Of a stretch of DNA of 64,000 bases, positions 19,492 to 30,145 are shown in pieces. Source of the DNA: an archaeon (GTDB lineage Archaea > Nanobdellota > Nanobdellia > Woesearchaeales > UBA9642); NCBI GenBank assembly GCA_020057295.1, contig JAGVGF010000002.1:24776-88775 (forward strand). Reading direction: 5' to 3'. Each line of letters begins with the position of its first letter. The stretch's first letter is position 1. A program made the translations under genes and the position numbers. The notes below the pieces were generated by a model. It ran no database searches. It saw only the letters and a program-made list of their open reading frames with translations, and was not told where the DNA came from.

Positions 19492-20016
19492 ATGAGATTT
19501 GCATTAATGATATTCGCATTATTTGCAACAGCATCTTTGTTAATTACAGGATGTTCAGCAAGTACTCCTGTTACACAACCAAATCCTTCAGATTTAAGCA
19601 ATCCTAATGCTGCAAATGCTGGAGGGGTAACTCCATTAAATGAATCTAAAAATGTTAGTATAGATGCAACTAATAAGTCTGAAATTCAAAAAACTCAGGA
19701 TACTATCACAAATTTTGTTATTGCTGACGGAACGTATGCTGATCCAGTAACATATATGTCTCCAGGCGGTCAAAATAGTATTAAAATAAGTGTTACTACA
19801 AAAGGCGATGTTGTAACTGATGCATCTGTCACAGTAATAAATTGTGATATGACATCACAACGTTATGTAGGACAGTTTAACACAGCGCTTCCAAGCTTAG
19901 TTGTTGGAAAGAAGATAAGCGATATTACTATTCCGCATACAGTAAGCGGAAGTTCGTTAACATCTGCCGCGTTCGCAAAACATTTGAAAGACTTGGTTGT
20001 ACAACATCCAGGATAA
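19492..20016 (+). CDS. secreted lipoprotein-like protein (signal peptide with LITGC lipobox-like motif)
   Basis: ORF 19399..20016. The internal Met at 19492 begins MRFALMIFALFATASLLITGCSAS, followed by a Thr/Ser/Asn-rich mature region. Confidence 0.45.
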   Translation: MRFALMIFALFATASLLITGCSASTPVTQPNPSDLSNPNAANAGGVTPLNESKNVSIDATNKSEIQKTQDTITNFVIADGTYADPVTYMSPGGQNSIKISVTTKGDVVTDASVTVINCDMTSQRYVGQFNTALPSLVVGKKISDITIPHTVSGSSLTSAAFAKHLKDLVVQHPG

Positions 20017-20095
20017 ATTCATCCAGAATATTTTTTATTATTATTTTTATTATTTTTTACTATTATTTTATATGTTTTCGTAAAACATTAACGAT

Positions 20096-21010
20096 GTGAT
20101 TTTAATGAATTTCTTATCAAGGGAAGGAGAGTATTTAGGGAGTCATTTTGAGATTAAACTTCCAGAAGAAAACATTTCTTTATGTGATGAATGTTTTGCT
20201 GAATTAAAGCGTATAGAACAGGAATATTCAAGATTCTTAGATACTTCGGAACTTTCTAAAATAAATTCTAAATTAGGAATATGGCATGATATTAGTCCAG
20301 AATTTGTTTCTTTAGTAAAAAAAGCTTTAGAATTCAATAAATTAACAAATGGAAATTTTGATATAACACTAAAATCATCATTAGATTCATTAGGGTACGA
20401 TAAGAATTATTCATTCTCAAAAAAATCTGAAATCAGAGAGCATCTTATTTCTCGCATAAAAAATAAAATCCAAAACAAGTTAAATCCTGTTGTTTTAGAT
20501 GAAAAACATAACAAAATCTTATTGCGTAAAGAGATTGAATTAGGAGGATTCGGCAAAGGATATTGTCTGGATAGGTTATCAAAAATATTAGAATCTAAAA
20601 GCGTTACAAATTATTATATTAATGGTGGCGGAGACATATACGCTAAAAAAGAAGATGAGAATGATTCATGGACTGTGTTATTAGAACATCCAGATGATTC
20701 TGAACGTGCGATAGGTCAAATAAATTTAAATGGGATGGCAATAGCCGGTTCAGCTCCCAACAGAAGAAAATGGGGCAAATATCATCATTTACTTAATTCG
20801 AAAACTAAACTTCCACAAGATTCAGTAAAATGTATCTTTGTGCTAGCAAAAACCGGCATTGAGGCAGACGCACATGCCACAAGTTTATTCACAGCAGGAT
20901 TTGACGAGGGAATTAAACTCGCAAACAAGTTATCTATAGATATATTGATTGTCTCAAAAGAAGACAAAATGTATATTAGTCCAGGATTTAAAGTAGAATT
21001 ATTCTCCTAA
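20096..21010 (+). CDS. apbE: ApbE-family FAD:protein FMN transferase
   Basis: 304 aa. GGFGKGYCLDRL and INGGGDIY motifs typical of ApbE. Confidence 0.6.
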   Translation: MILMNFLSREGEYLGSHFEIKLPEENISLCDECFAELKRIEQEYSRFLDTSELSKINSKLGIWHDISPEFVSLVKKALEFNKLTNGNFDITLKSSLDSLGYDKNYSFSKKSEIREHLISRIKNKIQNKLNPVVLDEKHNKILLRKEIELGGFGKGYCLDRLSKILESKSVTNYYINGGGDIYAKKEDENDSWTVLLEHPDDSERAIGQINLNGMAIAGSAPNRRKWGKYHHLLNSKTKLPQDSVKCIFVLAKTGIEADAHATSLFTAGFDEGIKLANKLSIDILIVSKEDKMYISPGFKVELFS

Positions 21011-21062
21011 GAATTGTTTAATTAATAGAATAATTAATAAAAAATAAAAATAAGTATATGAT

Positions 21063-21497
21063 TTATGGTCCTAATCTTCTTTCTAAATCTGCTTTTGTTT
21101 TACGTGCTGCAATAATTGTTTCTTGATTAATCATATTCTGATATTTTGGTTGTGCACTTCTTTCTATTACAACATTACAGATATGTACTCCTAACCTTTG
21201 TACTGTTGTACTTCTAAAATAATCTTCTAATGCTAGTACTCCTGTAAAACTTGTACCGTTAATTCCATTTGTTCCGTTTCCATGCACTCCTAATCGTAAT
21301 TCTCTGTGATTTGTATTAATGCTTGTTATCCTAACACCGTACATTTCTTCAAATCTTCTTACTGCCTCACAATTTGGATTCGCGCCTTCTTTTGGAGGGG
21401 TTTCTTGATAGAATCCTAGCTCTATCTTTATACCGTGAACAAATTGTTTTAATTTTTCTGCGCTATATCTTGGCGGCATTTCTAGTTGTTTACTCAT
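21063..21497 (-). CDS. hypothetical protein (144 aa)
   Basis: ORF only. Gly/Asn-rich central region. No family recognised. Confidence 0.35.
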   Translation of the reverse strand: MSKQLEMPPRYSAEKLKQFVHGIKIELGFYQETPPKEGANPNCEAVRRFEEMYGVRITSINTNHRELRLGVHGNGTNGINGTSFTGVLALEDYFRSTTVQRLGVHICNVVIERSAQPKYQNMINQETIIAARKTKADLERRLGP

Positions 21498-21638
21498 ATA
21501 AAATCAATCCTCGCTTAACTACTTAAGAATAACAAACTTTTGAGCTATTTATAAATTTTACTCTAAGAATGATGCTCTTCTTTTTATCTCTTTTTTCAAG
21601 TAACAACTTTTTTAAAGGAATTATCACTCCCAAATGTC

Positions 21639-22226
21639 ATGACAAAAAAACACGAAACCAAAAAAGATTATGTATTTCATGCATCTCCGGTGCAGAATCT
21701 TCATGAGATAAGTCCTCATGAATCCGAAGCGTATATAAGATTGCATATGCAGTTTCCTGCAGTATTTGCATGTAAAACAAGTGATATTGCAGCAGTATTT
21801 CTAGGACACCTAGGTGGAGATAGCACTTGCGAAATAAGATTAGAACATTCCATACCAGTACTTTACGAAAAATTTGCTGGAGCATTCCATTTAAGATATG
21901 GTGCTGATAATGGTATTAAAAGACAAGGATCAATATATGTTCTCCCAAGAGAAACTTTTGTTAAGAGAGCAGTATGGGTTGGAGGATTAGCTTCCGAACA
22001 ACCAGTAGTTCCATTATTTGAGATGAAGATACCGGATGTAGAATCATATTTAAGAATGTTAAATGCAGATAATAGGATATCGATTAAATTGCATGATGGT
22101 TCTAATGCTGCTAGTAGGCATTATGCTGAAGAACAACTAAGAAGCGATAGTCCAGGTGCTACAGAACTAAGAAAGTATCATCCAAGTATAATTGAGTTCT
22201 TAGAAAAAAAGAAAAAACATCATTAG
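21639..22226 (+). CDS. hypothetical protein (195 aa)
   Basis: ORF only. Ends with TAG followed by further stops. Confidence 0.35.
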   Translation: MTKKHETKKDYVFHASPVQNLHEISPHESEAYIRLHMQFPAVFACKTSDIAAVFLGHLGGDSTCEIRLEHSIPVLYEKFAGAFHLRYGADNGIKRQGSIYVLPRETFVKRAVWVGGLASEQPVVPLFEMKIPDVESYLRMLNADNRISIKLHDGSNAASRHYAEEQLRSDSPGATELRKYHPSIIEFLEKKKKHH

Positions 22227-24655
22227 TTATGTAATCCTAATTTTTTTTCAGTCTCGTACACCATCATTGTTGTTTTAATTACTGTGTCTGATGTTAGACT
22301 GATGCTTTGAATTCCTGATTCTACAACGAATTTTGCAAATTCTGGATACGTACTTGGAGCATCTCCGCAAATTCCTATATATTTTTCTCTTCTATTACAA
22401 ACTTCAATTACGGATTTTACTAATGTTTTTATTGCATCATTTCTTTCATCAAATACATGGCTTACAACTTCTGAATCCCTATCAACTGCAAGTGTCATTT
22501 GTGTTAAATCGTTTGATCCAATTGAAAATCCGTCAAAGATATCCATAAATTGATCTGCAAGAATTACGTTGCTTGGAACTTCGCACATTGCATAAACTTT
22601 AAGTCCATCTTGTCCTCGGACTAATCCGTTGTCTGCCATAACTTTTAAGACTTTATTTCCTTCAGTTATAGTTCTACACATTGGAATCATTATAATAATA
22701 TTTTTTAGTCCGTATTCATTTCTAACTTTTAGTAATGCTTCACATTCCATTTCGAATCCTTTAATATATTTTGGATCGTAATATCTTGCTGCGCCTCTCC
22801 AGCCTATCATCGGATTATCTTCTTTTGGTTCAAATTCTTTTCCGCCGATTAAATTTGCGTATTCATTCGATTTAAAATCAGAGAGTCTTACAATAACTGG
22901 TTTCGGATAGAATCCTGCTGCGATCATTCCTACGCCTTGAGCAAGCTTTTCCACATAGAATCCTCTTTTTGTTGGATATGCTGCTGTCATTTTTGCAATT
23001 TTTTGTTTTGCTTCTTGATCTTTTAAATTATCAAATCCTAAAAGTGCGAGAGGATGCGCTCCAATTGCATTGTTAAGAACGAATTCTTCTCTTGCTAAAC
23101 CTACTCCATCATTTGGAAGGAAACTTAATTCGAATGCTTGACTTGGATCTCCGACATTCATCATTATGTGCGTCTTTGGCCTTTTTAATGTTCCAAGATC
23201 TAATTCATTAACATCAAATATTAATTGTCCATCATATACAAATCCTTCATCTCCTTGTGAGCAATCAACTGTGACATTTTGTCCTTGTTTTATTTTATCT
23301 GTTCCTTCAGTTGTTCCTACGACACACGGAATTCCAAGTTCTCTTGAAATAATTGCTGCATGGCAAGTTCTTCCTCCACGATTTGTTACAATTGCTGAAG
23401 CGATTTTCATTATTGGTTCCCAATCAGGATCAGTCATTTCAGTTACTAATACTTCTCCTTTTTTGAAAAGTCCAATATCTTTTACGCTTTTAATTACATT
23501 TGCAGTTCCTTTTCCGATTCTTGAACCAACACTTTTTCCTTTTACAACAACTGGTCCTTTTTCTTTTAAGGCGTATGTTATCATTTTTGTAATGTCTTTT
23601 TTACTTTGAACTGTTTCTGGTCTTGCTTGTACAATAAATAATTGTCCTGTTATTCCATCTTTTGCCCATTCCATATCCATAGGTTTTAAGTGTCCTGCTT
23701 TTGTTGAATAATGATCTTCGATTGTGCAAGCCCATCTTGCAAGTGTTAAAACTTCTTCATCAGTCATGCAGAATTTTGCTCTTTCTTCATCAGGAACTGA
23801 AATGTTCTTTGTAGGTTTGGTTCCTTGTAAATCATAGACTAATCTTTGTTGTTTTGAACCAACGTTTTTTGAAATTATTGGTTTAAATCCGTTTTTTAAT
23901 GTTGGTTTAAAAACATAGAACTCGTCAGGATTAACTGCTCCTAAAACAATGTTTTCTCCAAGACCATATGATCCAGTCACTAAAACTGCATCTTTAAATC
24001 CTGATTCGGTATCGATAGAAAACATAACTCCTGAACATGCTAAGTCAGAACGAACCATCTTTTGAACACCAACACTTAATGCAATTGAAAAATGATCAAA
24101 ATTCTTGTCTACTCTGTATGAAATTGCACGATTTGTAAATAATGATGCAATACATTTTTTTACAGCTTCTAAAATTTGATAATCTCCGCGAATGTTTAAA
24201 TAAGATTCTTGTTGTCCTGCGAATGATGCATCTGGTAAATCTTCAGCTGTTGCTGAACTTCTTACTGCAACATCAGTATCTGATCGATCTTTATTGTATG
24301 CGCCACATAAATCTCTATACGCGCTTAGAACTGCAACTTTTAATTCGTTAGGAAATTCCGCTTTTAGAATTGTTTCTCTAACTTTATGTCCTCTTTCTTG
24401 AAGATTTTGCATATCTCCTGTGTTTAAGTCTGATAAAATTTCTTTAATCCTATTTTTTATTCCTGCTTTTTCAAGGAAATATCTGTAAGCATATGCAGTT
24501 AGTGCAAATCCGTTTGGGATTCTAACTCCTTTAGGAGTAAGGTTTACATACATTTCACCAAGTGAAGCATTTTTTCCGCCGACATACTGAACATCGTCAT
24601 TGCTTAATTGATCAAACCAAAGAATAAACATGCTACTTTTATCCACACAAACCAC
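22223..24655 (-). CDS. ppsA: phosphoenolpyruvate synthase (pyruvate, water dikinase)
   Basis: 810 aa. N-terminal ...VGGKNASLGEM ATP-grasp region, central phosphohistidine domain (GGRTCHAAIISRELGIPCVVG) and a C-terminal PEP-utilising domain. Confidence 0.88.
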   Translation of the reverse strand: MVCVDKSSMFILWFDQLSNDDVQYVGGKNASLGEMYVNLTPKGVRIPNGFALTAYAYRYFLEKAGIKNRIKEILSDLNTGDMQNLQERGHKVRETILKAEFPNELKVAVLSAYRDLCGAYNKDRSDTDVAVRSSATAEDLPDASFAGQQESYLNIRGDYQILEAVKKCIASLFTNRAISYRVDKNFDHFSIALSVGVQKMVRSDLACSGVMFSIDTESGFKDAVLVTGSYGLGENIVLGAVNPDEFYVFKPTLKNGFKPIISKNVGSKQQRLVYDLQGTKPTKNISVPDEERAKFCMTDEEVLTLARWACTIEDHYSTKAGHLKPMDMEWAKDGITGQLFIVQARPETVQSKKDITKMITYALKEKGPVVVKGKSVGSRIGKGTANVIKSVKDIGLFKKGEVLVTEMTDPDWEPIMKIASAIVTNRGGRTCHAAIISRELGIPCVVGTTEGTDKIKQGQNVTVDCSQGDEGFVYDGQLIFDVNELDLGTLKRPKTHIMMNVGDPSQAFELSFLPNDGVGLAREEFVLNNAIGAHPLALLGFDNLKDQEAKQKIAKMTAAYPTKRGFYVEKLAQGVGMIAAGFYPKPVIVRLSDFKSNEYANLIGGKEFEPKEDNPMIGWRGAARYYDPKYIKGFEMECEALLKVRNEYGLKNIIIMIPMCRTITEGNKVLKVMADNGLVRGQDGLKVYAMCEVPSNVILADQFMDIFDGFSIGSNDLTQMTLAVDRDSEVVSHVFDERNDAIKTLVKSVIEVCNRREKYIGICGDAPSTYPEFAKFVVESGIQSISLTSDTVIKTTMMVYETEKKLGLHN

Positions 24656-24815
24656 CCTCTTTTATTAAATAATTATGATAGGACTCTAAAGAAGAGTATC
24701 TCACCCCTTTTCCCCGAGTCCTTAATCTTGATAATAGTTAAAAATCTGCCGCATGAGTATATAAAGTTTTGTTATTATTATATAGTAGAATTATCTTATT
24801 TATTGTCTATTTATC

Positions 24816-25295
24816 TTAAGAATCTTCTTCATCATCTTTACTTGTTTCTTCAAGTAATTCCACATTTTTACTTTTCAAGTATTCTTTAAGCTCTTTTCTC
24901 GTCACAAATGATGTAGGATTCCACATTGCTAAATATTTTTCTATAACTTTAACGTCGCTCTTCATTGCAACATTATCCATTTCAGATCCGAATACTAATA
25001 CTTTTTCAGAAAAATCATTTGTATTACGTTTTAGTTCTAGTAATTCATCATTAAAACTTCTTAACTCTTTAGCATATCCTCTTTCTGATTCTATCATATT
25101 CTGGTCTGTCAATTGAAGTTTTTTTCTAAGATTTCCATATCTTTCTTCTAGAACTCTTAATCTTCTATCAAGATCAGAAATAATGCTCGCTATTTGCGCA
25201 TATTCGTTAGTTCCCTTACCATCATCTTTAGGTTGACCTTCTTGAGCATTAGCTAATTCACGTTCAATATGATTCATTGATTGTTCATCAGCCAT
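24816..25295 (-). CDS. coiled-coil protein, acidic C-terminus
   Basis: 159 aa, heptad-rich. Divergent from the secretion ATPase gene. Confidence 0.35.
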   Translation of the reverse strand: MADEQSMNHIERELANAQEGQPKDDGKGTNEYAQIASIISDLDRRLRVLEERYGNLRKKLQLTDQNMIESERGYAKELRSFNDELLELKRNTNDFSEKVLVFGSEMDNVAMKSDVKVIEKYLAMWNPTSFVTRKELKEYLKSKNVELLEETSKDDEEDS

Positions 25296-25355
25296 GAAAT
25301 TAATTTAGTACAACAGATATATAAATCTTTTTAGAACTCTTCTTTATAGCAACAT

Positions 25356-25368
25356 TTATATATAAAAA
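25356..25368 (+). promoter_or_regulatory. TATA-box-like element (tttatatataaaa) upstream of the secretion ATPase gene
   Basis: Strong TATA-like box about 80 nt before ATG 25450. A GAGGTG Shine-Dalgarno-like sequence lies 7 nt before the ATG. Confidence 0.3.
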
Positions 25369-25449
25369 ACTTCAATGAATTCATTAACGGGTTTAGTGGA
25401 GGGTGTTAGTACAACTTATTACTAAAATAAGCTATTACTGACATAAGAG

Positions 25450-27762
25450 GTGTGTATGCTTTTTGGCAATCCAAATAGTTCTTATGATGTAGTTAAGGAA
25501 GGCGAAGAGACAGTCCTTAGAATGGATTATGAGAATTCTTTAGAAGTACCTTCACTTGAAGATTCTGAAAAATGTATGGCTGATACTATTGAAAAGTTGA
25601 TGGCCAATAGAAATATTACTAAAATAGTCTTCAGCCAGAAACGTGATTACGAGTACGATTTTCCTCAAACGCGTGTGCTTGTAGAATTTTCTAAAGTATT
25701 TTCTAACATTATCAAACATAAAGCTGTATTCAATTATCGTGCGATGACATTGAATGAACCTTCACCAATAATTCTTAATGCCGCTACACAAAAATATTCC
25801 GAGTTGCAAAACATTTTATTTAATTTGATGAAGAAAGATCCTGTTGGTGCATATGTTGAATTAAAACGTTTAGTTAGAAAAGAGAAAATTGAGTTAGATA
25901 AGAGTGTTGATGATGTATATACTGCAATGCTTGAACGTTACATTCAAGTACTAAATTATGTTATTAAAGTTTTAGAAACAACAAAATTAATCGAGATTGC
26001 CACACCACATCTTAGTGGAATGCAGCTTGGTGATAGAAGTATCTATAGAAGAATATTCACTCCAAATATTAAGCCGGATTTCATGTTTACAAAAATTATG
26101 TCTTCATATCCTAAGAATGGTATTGAAGTTGACAGTTATAGTGTAAAAAATTCTGATGTAATAATTTTCAAGCTACAACATAATGTACAAAATTTATATC
26201 ACATCACTCCTCCAGAATTTAAGTTGCCAGAAGAAAAATATGAAATTCTAGATTTAGCAAGAAAGATTATGGCAGAACATCAGCCAGAACGTCAAGAATT
26301 CGTTGACCCTGCAAGAATGAGAGAAGTATTCACAAATATTGGTCGTGACTTAATTGAAGAACTTGCAGAGTATAAGAATGTTAAATTAAAACATGCTGAA
26401 GTTGAAGAGCTTGCAAAAATTTTAGTAAGATATACTGTAGGATTCGGAATTATTGAAGCATTACTTGAAGATGATAAGATTCAAGATATTACAATCAATA
26501 GTCCTATGGGTCAAGTTCCAATATTTTTAGTCCATCAAGATTATGATTATTGTAGAACAAATTTAGTACCAACGATCAGAGATGCTGAAAGTTGGGCTTC
26601 AAAACTTAGAATGATTTCCGGAAGACCACTCGATGAAGCAAACCCTATTCTTGACACTGAAATATTAATTCCTGGTACAGCAAATGCGAGAGTCGGGGTT
26701 ATATCTCCTCCATTAAACCCGACTGGATTGGCCTACGCGTTCCGTAGACATAGAGATAAACCTTGGACTTTCGCATTATTTATAAAAAATGGGATGATGA
26801 ATGCACAAGGAGCAGGATTAATGTCTTTCTTAATTGATGGTTCAAGAACTATGTTAATTGCAGGAACTAGGAGTTCAGGTAAATCATCATTATTAGGTGC
26901 ATTAATGGTTGAGATAATGCGTAAGTATAGAATGATAACAATAGAAGATACATTAGAATTACCAGCAGAGTCATTAAGAAAATTAGGATATAATATTCAA
27001 CAGATGAAAGTAGGAAGTGCACTATCTAAAGGATCAAGCGAAGTATCTGCTGAGGAAGGGATTAGAACAACATTAAGACTTGGAGACTCGTGTCTATTTG
27101 TAGGAGAGGTTAGAAGCACAGAAGCTAAATCATTGTATGAAGCAATGCGCGTAGGAGCACTTGCAAATGTTGTTGCAGGTACAATTCATGGAGATAGTCC
27201 ATACGGTGTATATGATAGGGTTGTTAACGATTTAGGAGTTCCAAAAACATCATTCAAAGCAACAGATATTATCGTTGTAGCAAATCCTATAAAGTCTGCC
27301 GACGGATTACATAGATGGCGTAGAGTTACTCAAATTACAGAAGTTAGAAAACATTGGACCAATGATCCTGTTGAAGAGAAAGGATTTGTAGATTTGATGA
27401 AGTATGATTCTAAAAAAGATGCTCTTGTTGTATCTGATGATTTACAAAATCAAGATAGTGATATCATAAAAGCTATTGCTGAAAATGTTAAGGAATGGAG
27501 CGGAAACTGGGATGCTGTATGGGATAATATTATGTTACGTACAAAAAATTATCAGACAATGGTAGATTATGCTACACAATTAAATAATTATGATATCTTA
27601 GAAGCAAGATTTGCAATAGAAGCAAACGATCAATTCCATAAGATTACAGATAAAGTCAAAGAAGAAGTTGGAGTTATGGATAGTAAAAGAATATTTTTTG
27701 AATGGAATGAATGGTTAAAAAGATCTGTAAAAGAGTATGATGCAAGACATCACAAGAAATAG
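25450..27762 (+). CDS. type II/IV secretion-system ATPase (FlaI/GspE/VirB11 family), N-terminally extended
   Basis: 770 aa. Walker A AGTRSSGKSSLLGAL and Walker B/Asp-box region SCLFVGEVRSTEA. Confidence 0.7.
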   Translation: MCMLFGNPNSSYDVVKEGEETVLRMDYENSLEVPSLEDSEKCMADTIEKLMANRNITKIVFSQKRDYEYDFPQTRVLVEFSKVFSNIIKHKAVFNYRAMTLNEPSPIILNAATQKYSELQNILFNLMKKDPVGAYVELKRLVRKEKIELDKSVDDVYTAMLERYIQVLNYVIKVLETTKLIEIATPHLSGMQLGDRSIYRRIFTPNIKPDFMFTKIMSSYPKNGIEVDSYSVKNSDVIIFKLQHNVQNLYHITPPEFKLPEEKYEILDLARKIMAEHQPERQEFVDPARMREVFTNIGRDLIEELAEYKNVKLKHAEVEELAKILVRYTVGFGIIEALLEDDKIQDITINSPMGQVPIFLVHQDYDYCRTNLVPTIRDAESWASKLRMISGRPLDEANPILDTEILIPGTANARVGVISPPLNPTGLAYAFRRHRDKPWTFALFIKNGMMNAQGAGLMSFLIDGSRTMLIAGTRSSGKSSLLGALMVEIMRKYRMITIEDTLELPAESLRKLGYNIQQMKVGSALSKGSSEVSAEEGIRTTLRLGDSCLFVGEVRSTEAKSLYEAMRVGALANVVAGTIHGDSPYGVYDRVVNDLGVPKTSFKATDIIVVANPIKSADGLHRWRRVTQITEVRKHWTNDPVEEKGFVDLMKYDSKKDALVVSDDLQNQDSDIIKAIAENVKEWSGNWDAVWDNIMLRTKNYQTMVDYATQLNNYDILEARFAIEANDQFHKITDKVKEEVGVMDSKRIFFEWNEWLKRSVKEYDARHHKK

Positions 27763-27800
27763 ATTTAGAAAAATAGTTTATAAAAAATAATTATCATAGA

Positions 27801-30095
27801 ATGTTTTTAAAAAAGAGGTTGAGTGTGGAAAAGACAGATTCCAAAAATCTAAAAAGTTTCGAATCCAAATATCGTGAAAAGATTAAGGAAGAATTTGATA
27901 ATTATAAAGGTAAGGAGAGTCCAGAATCCAGTATTCAATCTAGACAGTATCAAGAATTTAAGAAGCAGTGGATGCCAAAAAATTTTACACTTTACGAGAA
28001 AGCATGTTCGTTTTCTGAAAATCTTCTAAAGATTGAACCAGACCCAAGAGAGGCTGCAAAGATTAAGGAAGCGATAGAAACATGTCATATGAATGCTACT
28101 CCTGCAGGTGTTAAAAGTTTCTCGTTTGTTGGACCTTTAATGTTAATAATAGCAGTAACTGTTCTAAGTTTTATACCTATGCTTTTAGATCCTCTTGCCG
28201 ATCCTGCATCTGCAATGTTCTTCGTAATATTTGCCGTAGTATTAGGATTAATATTAGTTGTTCCATTAAGTAAACTTCCAGAATTTTTAGCGGCTAGTTG
28301 GCGTATGAAAGCAAGCAATCAAATGGTTCTTGCAGTATTCTACATTGTAACATATATGCGTCACACAAGCAATCTTGAAAATGCTATCGACTTCGCTGCA
28401 GAACATTTACCTCCACCATTATCATTGGATTTGAAAAAGATTATGTGGGATGTTGAGACACAAAAATATTCTGGTGTTAAAGAAAGTTTAGATGCATACC
28501 TTGAAGGTTGGAAGAAAGATAATATGGAATTTGTAGAGGCTGTGCATTTAATAGAATCTTCATTATATGAAAATTCTGAATCTAGAAGATTAAATTCATT
28601 AGAGAAATCTTTAACGTTAATACTTGATGAAACTTATGAGAAAATGTTGCATTATGCACATAATCTTCAAGGTCCTCTAACAATGTTGAATATGCTCGGC
28701 ATTGTTTTACCCATTCTTGGTCTAGTAATCTTGCCTTTAGTTGTTAGTTTTATGGAGCAGGTTAAATGGTATCATTTAATGGTTATGTATAATGTTGCTT
28801 TGCCTGTCGGTGTGTATTATCTTAGTCGTATGGTTTTAAGCACTCGACCAACTGGTTATGGTGATACTGACATTTCTGAAAATAATCCTGAATTAAAGAA
28901 ACATAAGAATATTTTATTAAATTTTGGTGGTAAAGAATTTCAGTTACATCCAATATTTATTGCAAGTTTTTTGTTTGGAATGTTATTCTTTATAGGTATT
29001 AGCCCACTCATAATGCATCTTGTAGTTCCAGAATTTGATATGGCCGTTGATCAGGAATATAATGTACGTGTATTAGCTAGTCCTACTAAATGTGATAATG
29101 CTGTACCGCCCGCACCGATGAAATTTTATCTGCTCGGTTATAAATGTGATAAGAATGGAGATCTGCTTGGACCGTTTGGAGTTGGAGCGGCTATACTTAG
29201 TTTATTTATACCATTAAGTTTTGGTATTGGTTTAGGAATATATTACAAACTACGTTCAGAAAATGTTATGAAAATTAGAGATGAGTCTAAAAAGTTAGAG
29301 AATGAATTTGCTGGAGCATTATTTCAGTTAGGAAATAGGATTGGTGATGGCTTGCCTGTAGAAATTGCATTTTCTAAAGTTGCTGATGTAATGAGTGGGA
29401 CAGTTAGTGGAAAATTCTTCGAGTTAGTAAGCGTAAATATTACTAAATTAGGAATGAATGTTGAGGAAGCAATATTTGATCCTAAACGTGGTGCAATAGT
29501 ATATTACCCTAGCAGTTTAATTGAGAGTTCAATGAAAGTACTTGTTGAATCTAGTAAGAAAGGTCCTCTCGTCGCGTCTCAAGCATTAATTAATGTTTCC
29601 GAATATATTAAGCAGATACATCGTGTTGATGAAAGATTAAAAGATTTAATGGCCGATACAATAAGTAGTTTACAATCACAAATTAGTTTCTTAACGCCTG
29701 CAATTTCTGGAATAGTAATTGGTATAACATCAATGATTACTGGAATAATTGGTAATTTATCTGATAATATGAAGCGTTTAAGTCAAGGAATTGGTGGAGA
29801 AGCAGGTAGTAGTGCAGGACTGGGTTTTAGCCCAGATTTTTTTGGAATAGGTATACCAACATTTTATTTCCAATTTATTGTAGGAGTTTATGTTGTACAA
29901 ATAATCTATATAATGACCGTACTTGTTAATGGAATAAGAAATGGTTCTGATAGCTTAGCAGAAAGATATATGTTAGGAAAGAATTTAATGAACAGTACGA
30001 TAATGTACTTCTTCATAGCTTTAGTTGTAATGTTAATATTCAACATGGTAGCAGGACTAGTAATGGGTAATGTGGGAGTTACAGCAGGAACATAA
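27801..30095 (+). CDS. polytopic membrane protein, probable FlaJ/TadC-like platform partner of the ATPase
   Basis: 764 aa, many TM helices, immediately downstream of and co-oriented with the ATPase. Assignment is by context and topology. Confidence 0.45.
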   Translation: MFLKKRLSVEKTDSKNLKSFESKYREKIKEEFDNYKGKESPESSIQSRQYQEFKKQWMPKNFTLYEKACSFSENLLKIEPDPREAAKIKEAIETCHMNATPAGVKSFSFVGPLMLIIAVTVLSFIPMLLDPLADPASAMFFVIFAVVLGLILVVPLSKLPEFLAASWRMKASNQMVLAVFYIVTYMRHTSNLENAIDFAAEHLPPPLSLDLKKIMWDVETQKYSGVKESLDAYLEGWKKDNMEFVEAVHLIESSLYENSESRRLNSLEKSLTLILDETYEKMLHYAHNLQGPLTMLNMLGIVLPILGLVILPLVVSFMEQVKWYHLMVMYNVALPVGVYYLSRMVLSTRPTGYGDTDISENNPELKKHKNILLNFGGKEFQLHPIFIASFLFGMLFFIGISPLIMHLVVPEFDMAVDQEYNVRVLASPTKCDNAVPPAPMKFYLLGYKCDKNGDLLGPFGVGAAILSLFIPLSFGIGLGIYYKLRSENVMKIRDESKKLENEFAGALFQLGNRIGDGLPVEIAFSKVADVMSGTVSGKFFELVSVNITKLGMNVEEAIFDPKRGAIVYYPSSLIESSMKVLVESSKKGPLVASQALINVSEYIKQIHRVDERLKDLMADTISSLQSQISFLTPAISGIVIGITSMITGIIGNLSDNMKRLSQGIGGEAGSSAGLGFSPDFFGIGIPTFYFQFIVGVYVVQIIYIMTVLVNGIRNGSDSLAERYMLGKNLMNSTIMYFFIALVVMLIFNMVAGLVMGNVGVTAGT

Positions 30096-30145
30096 AAATA
30101 ATATACATACACAAAAAATATAAACCCTTACTATAACTTACTATT

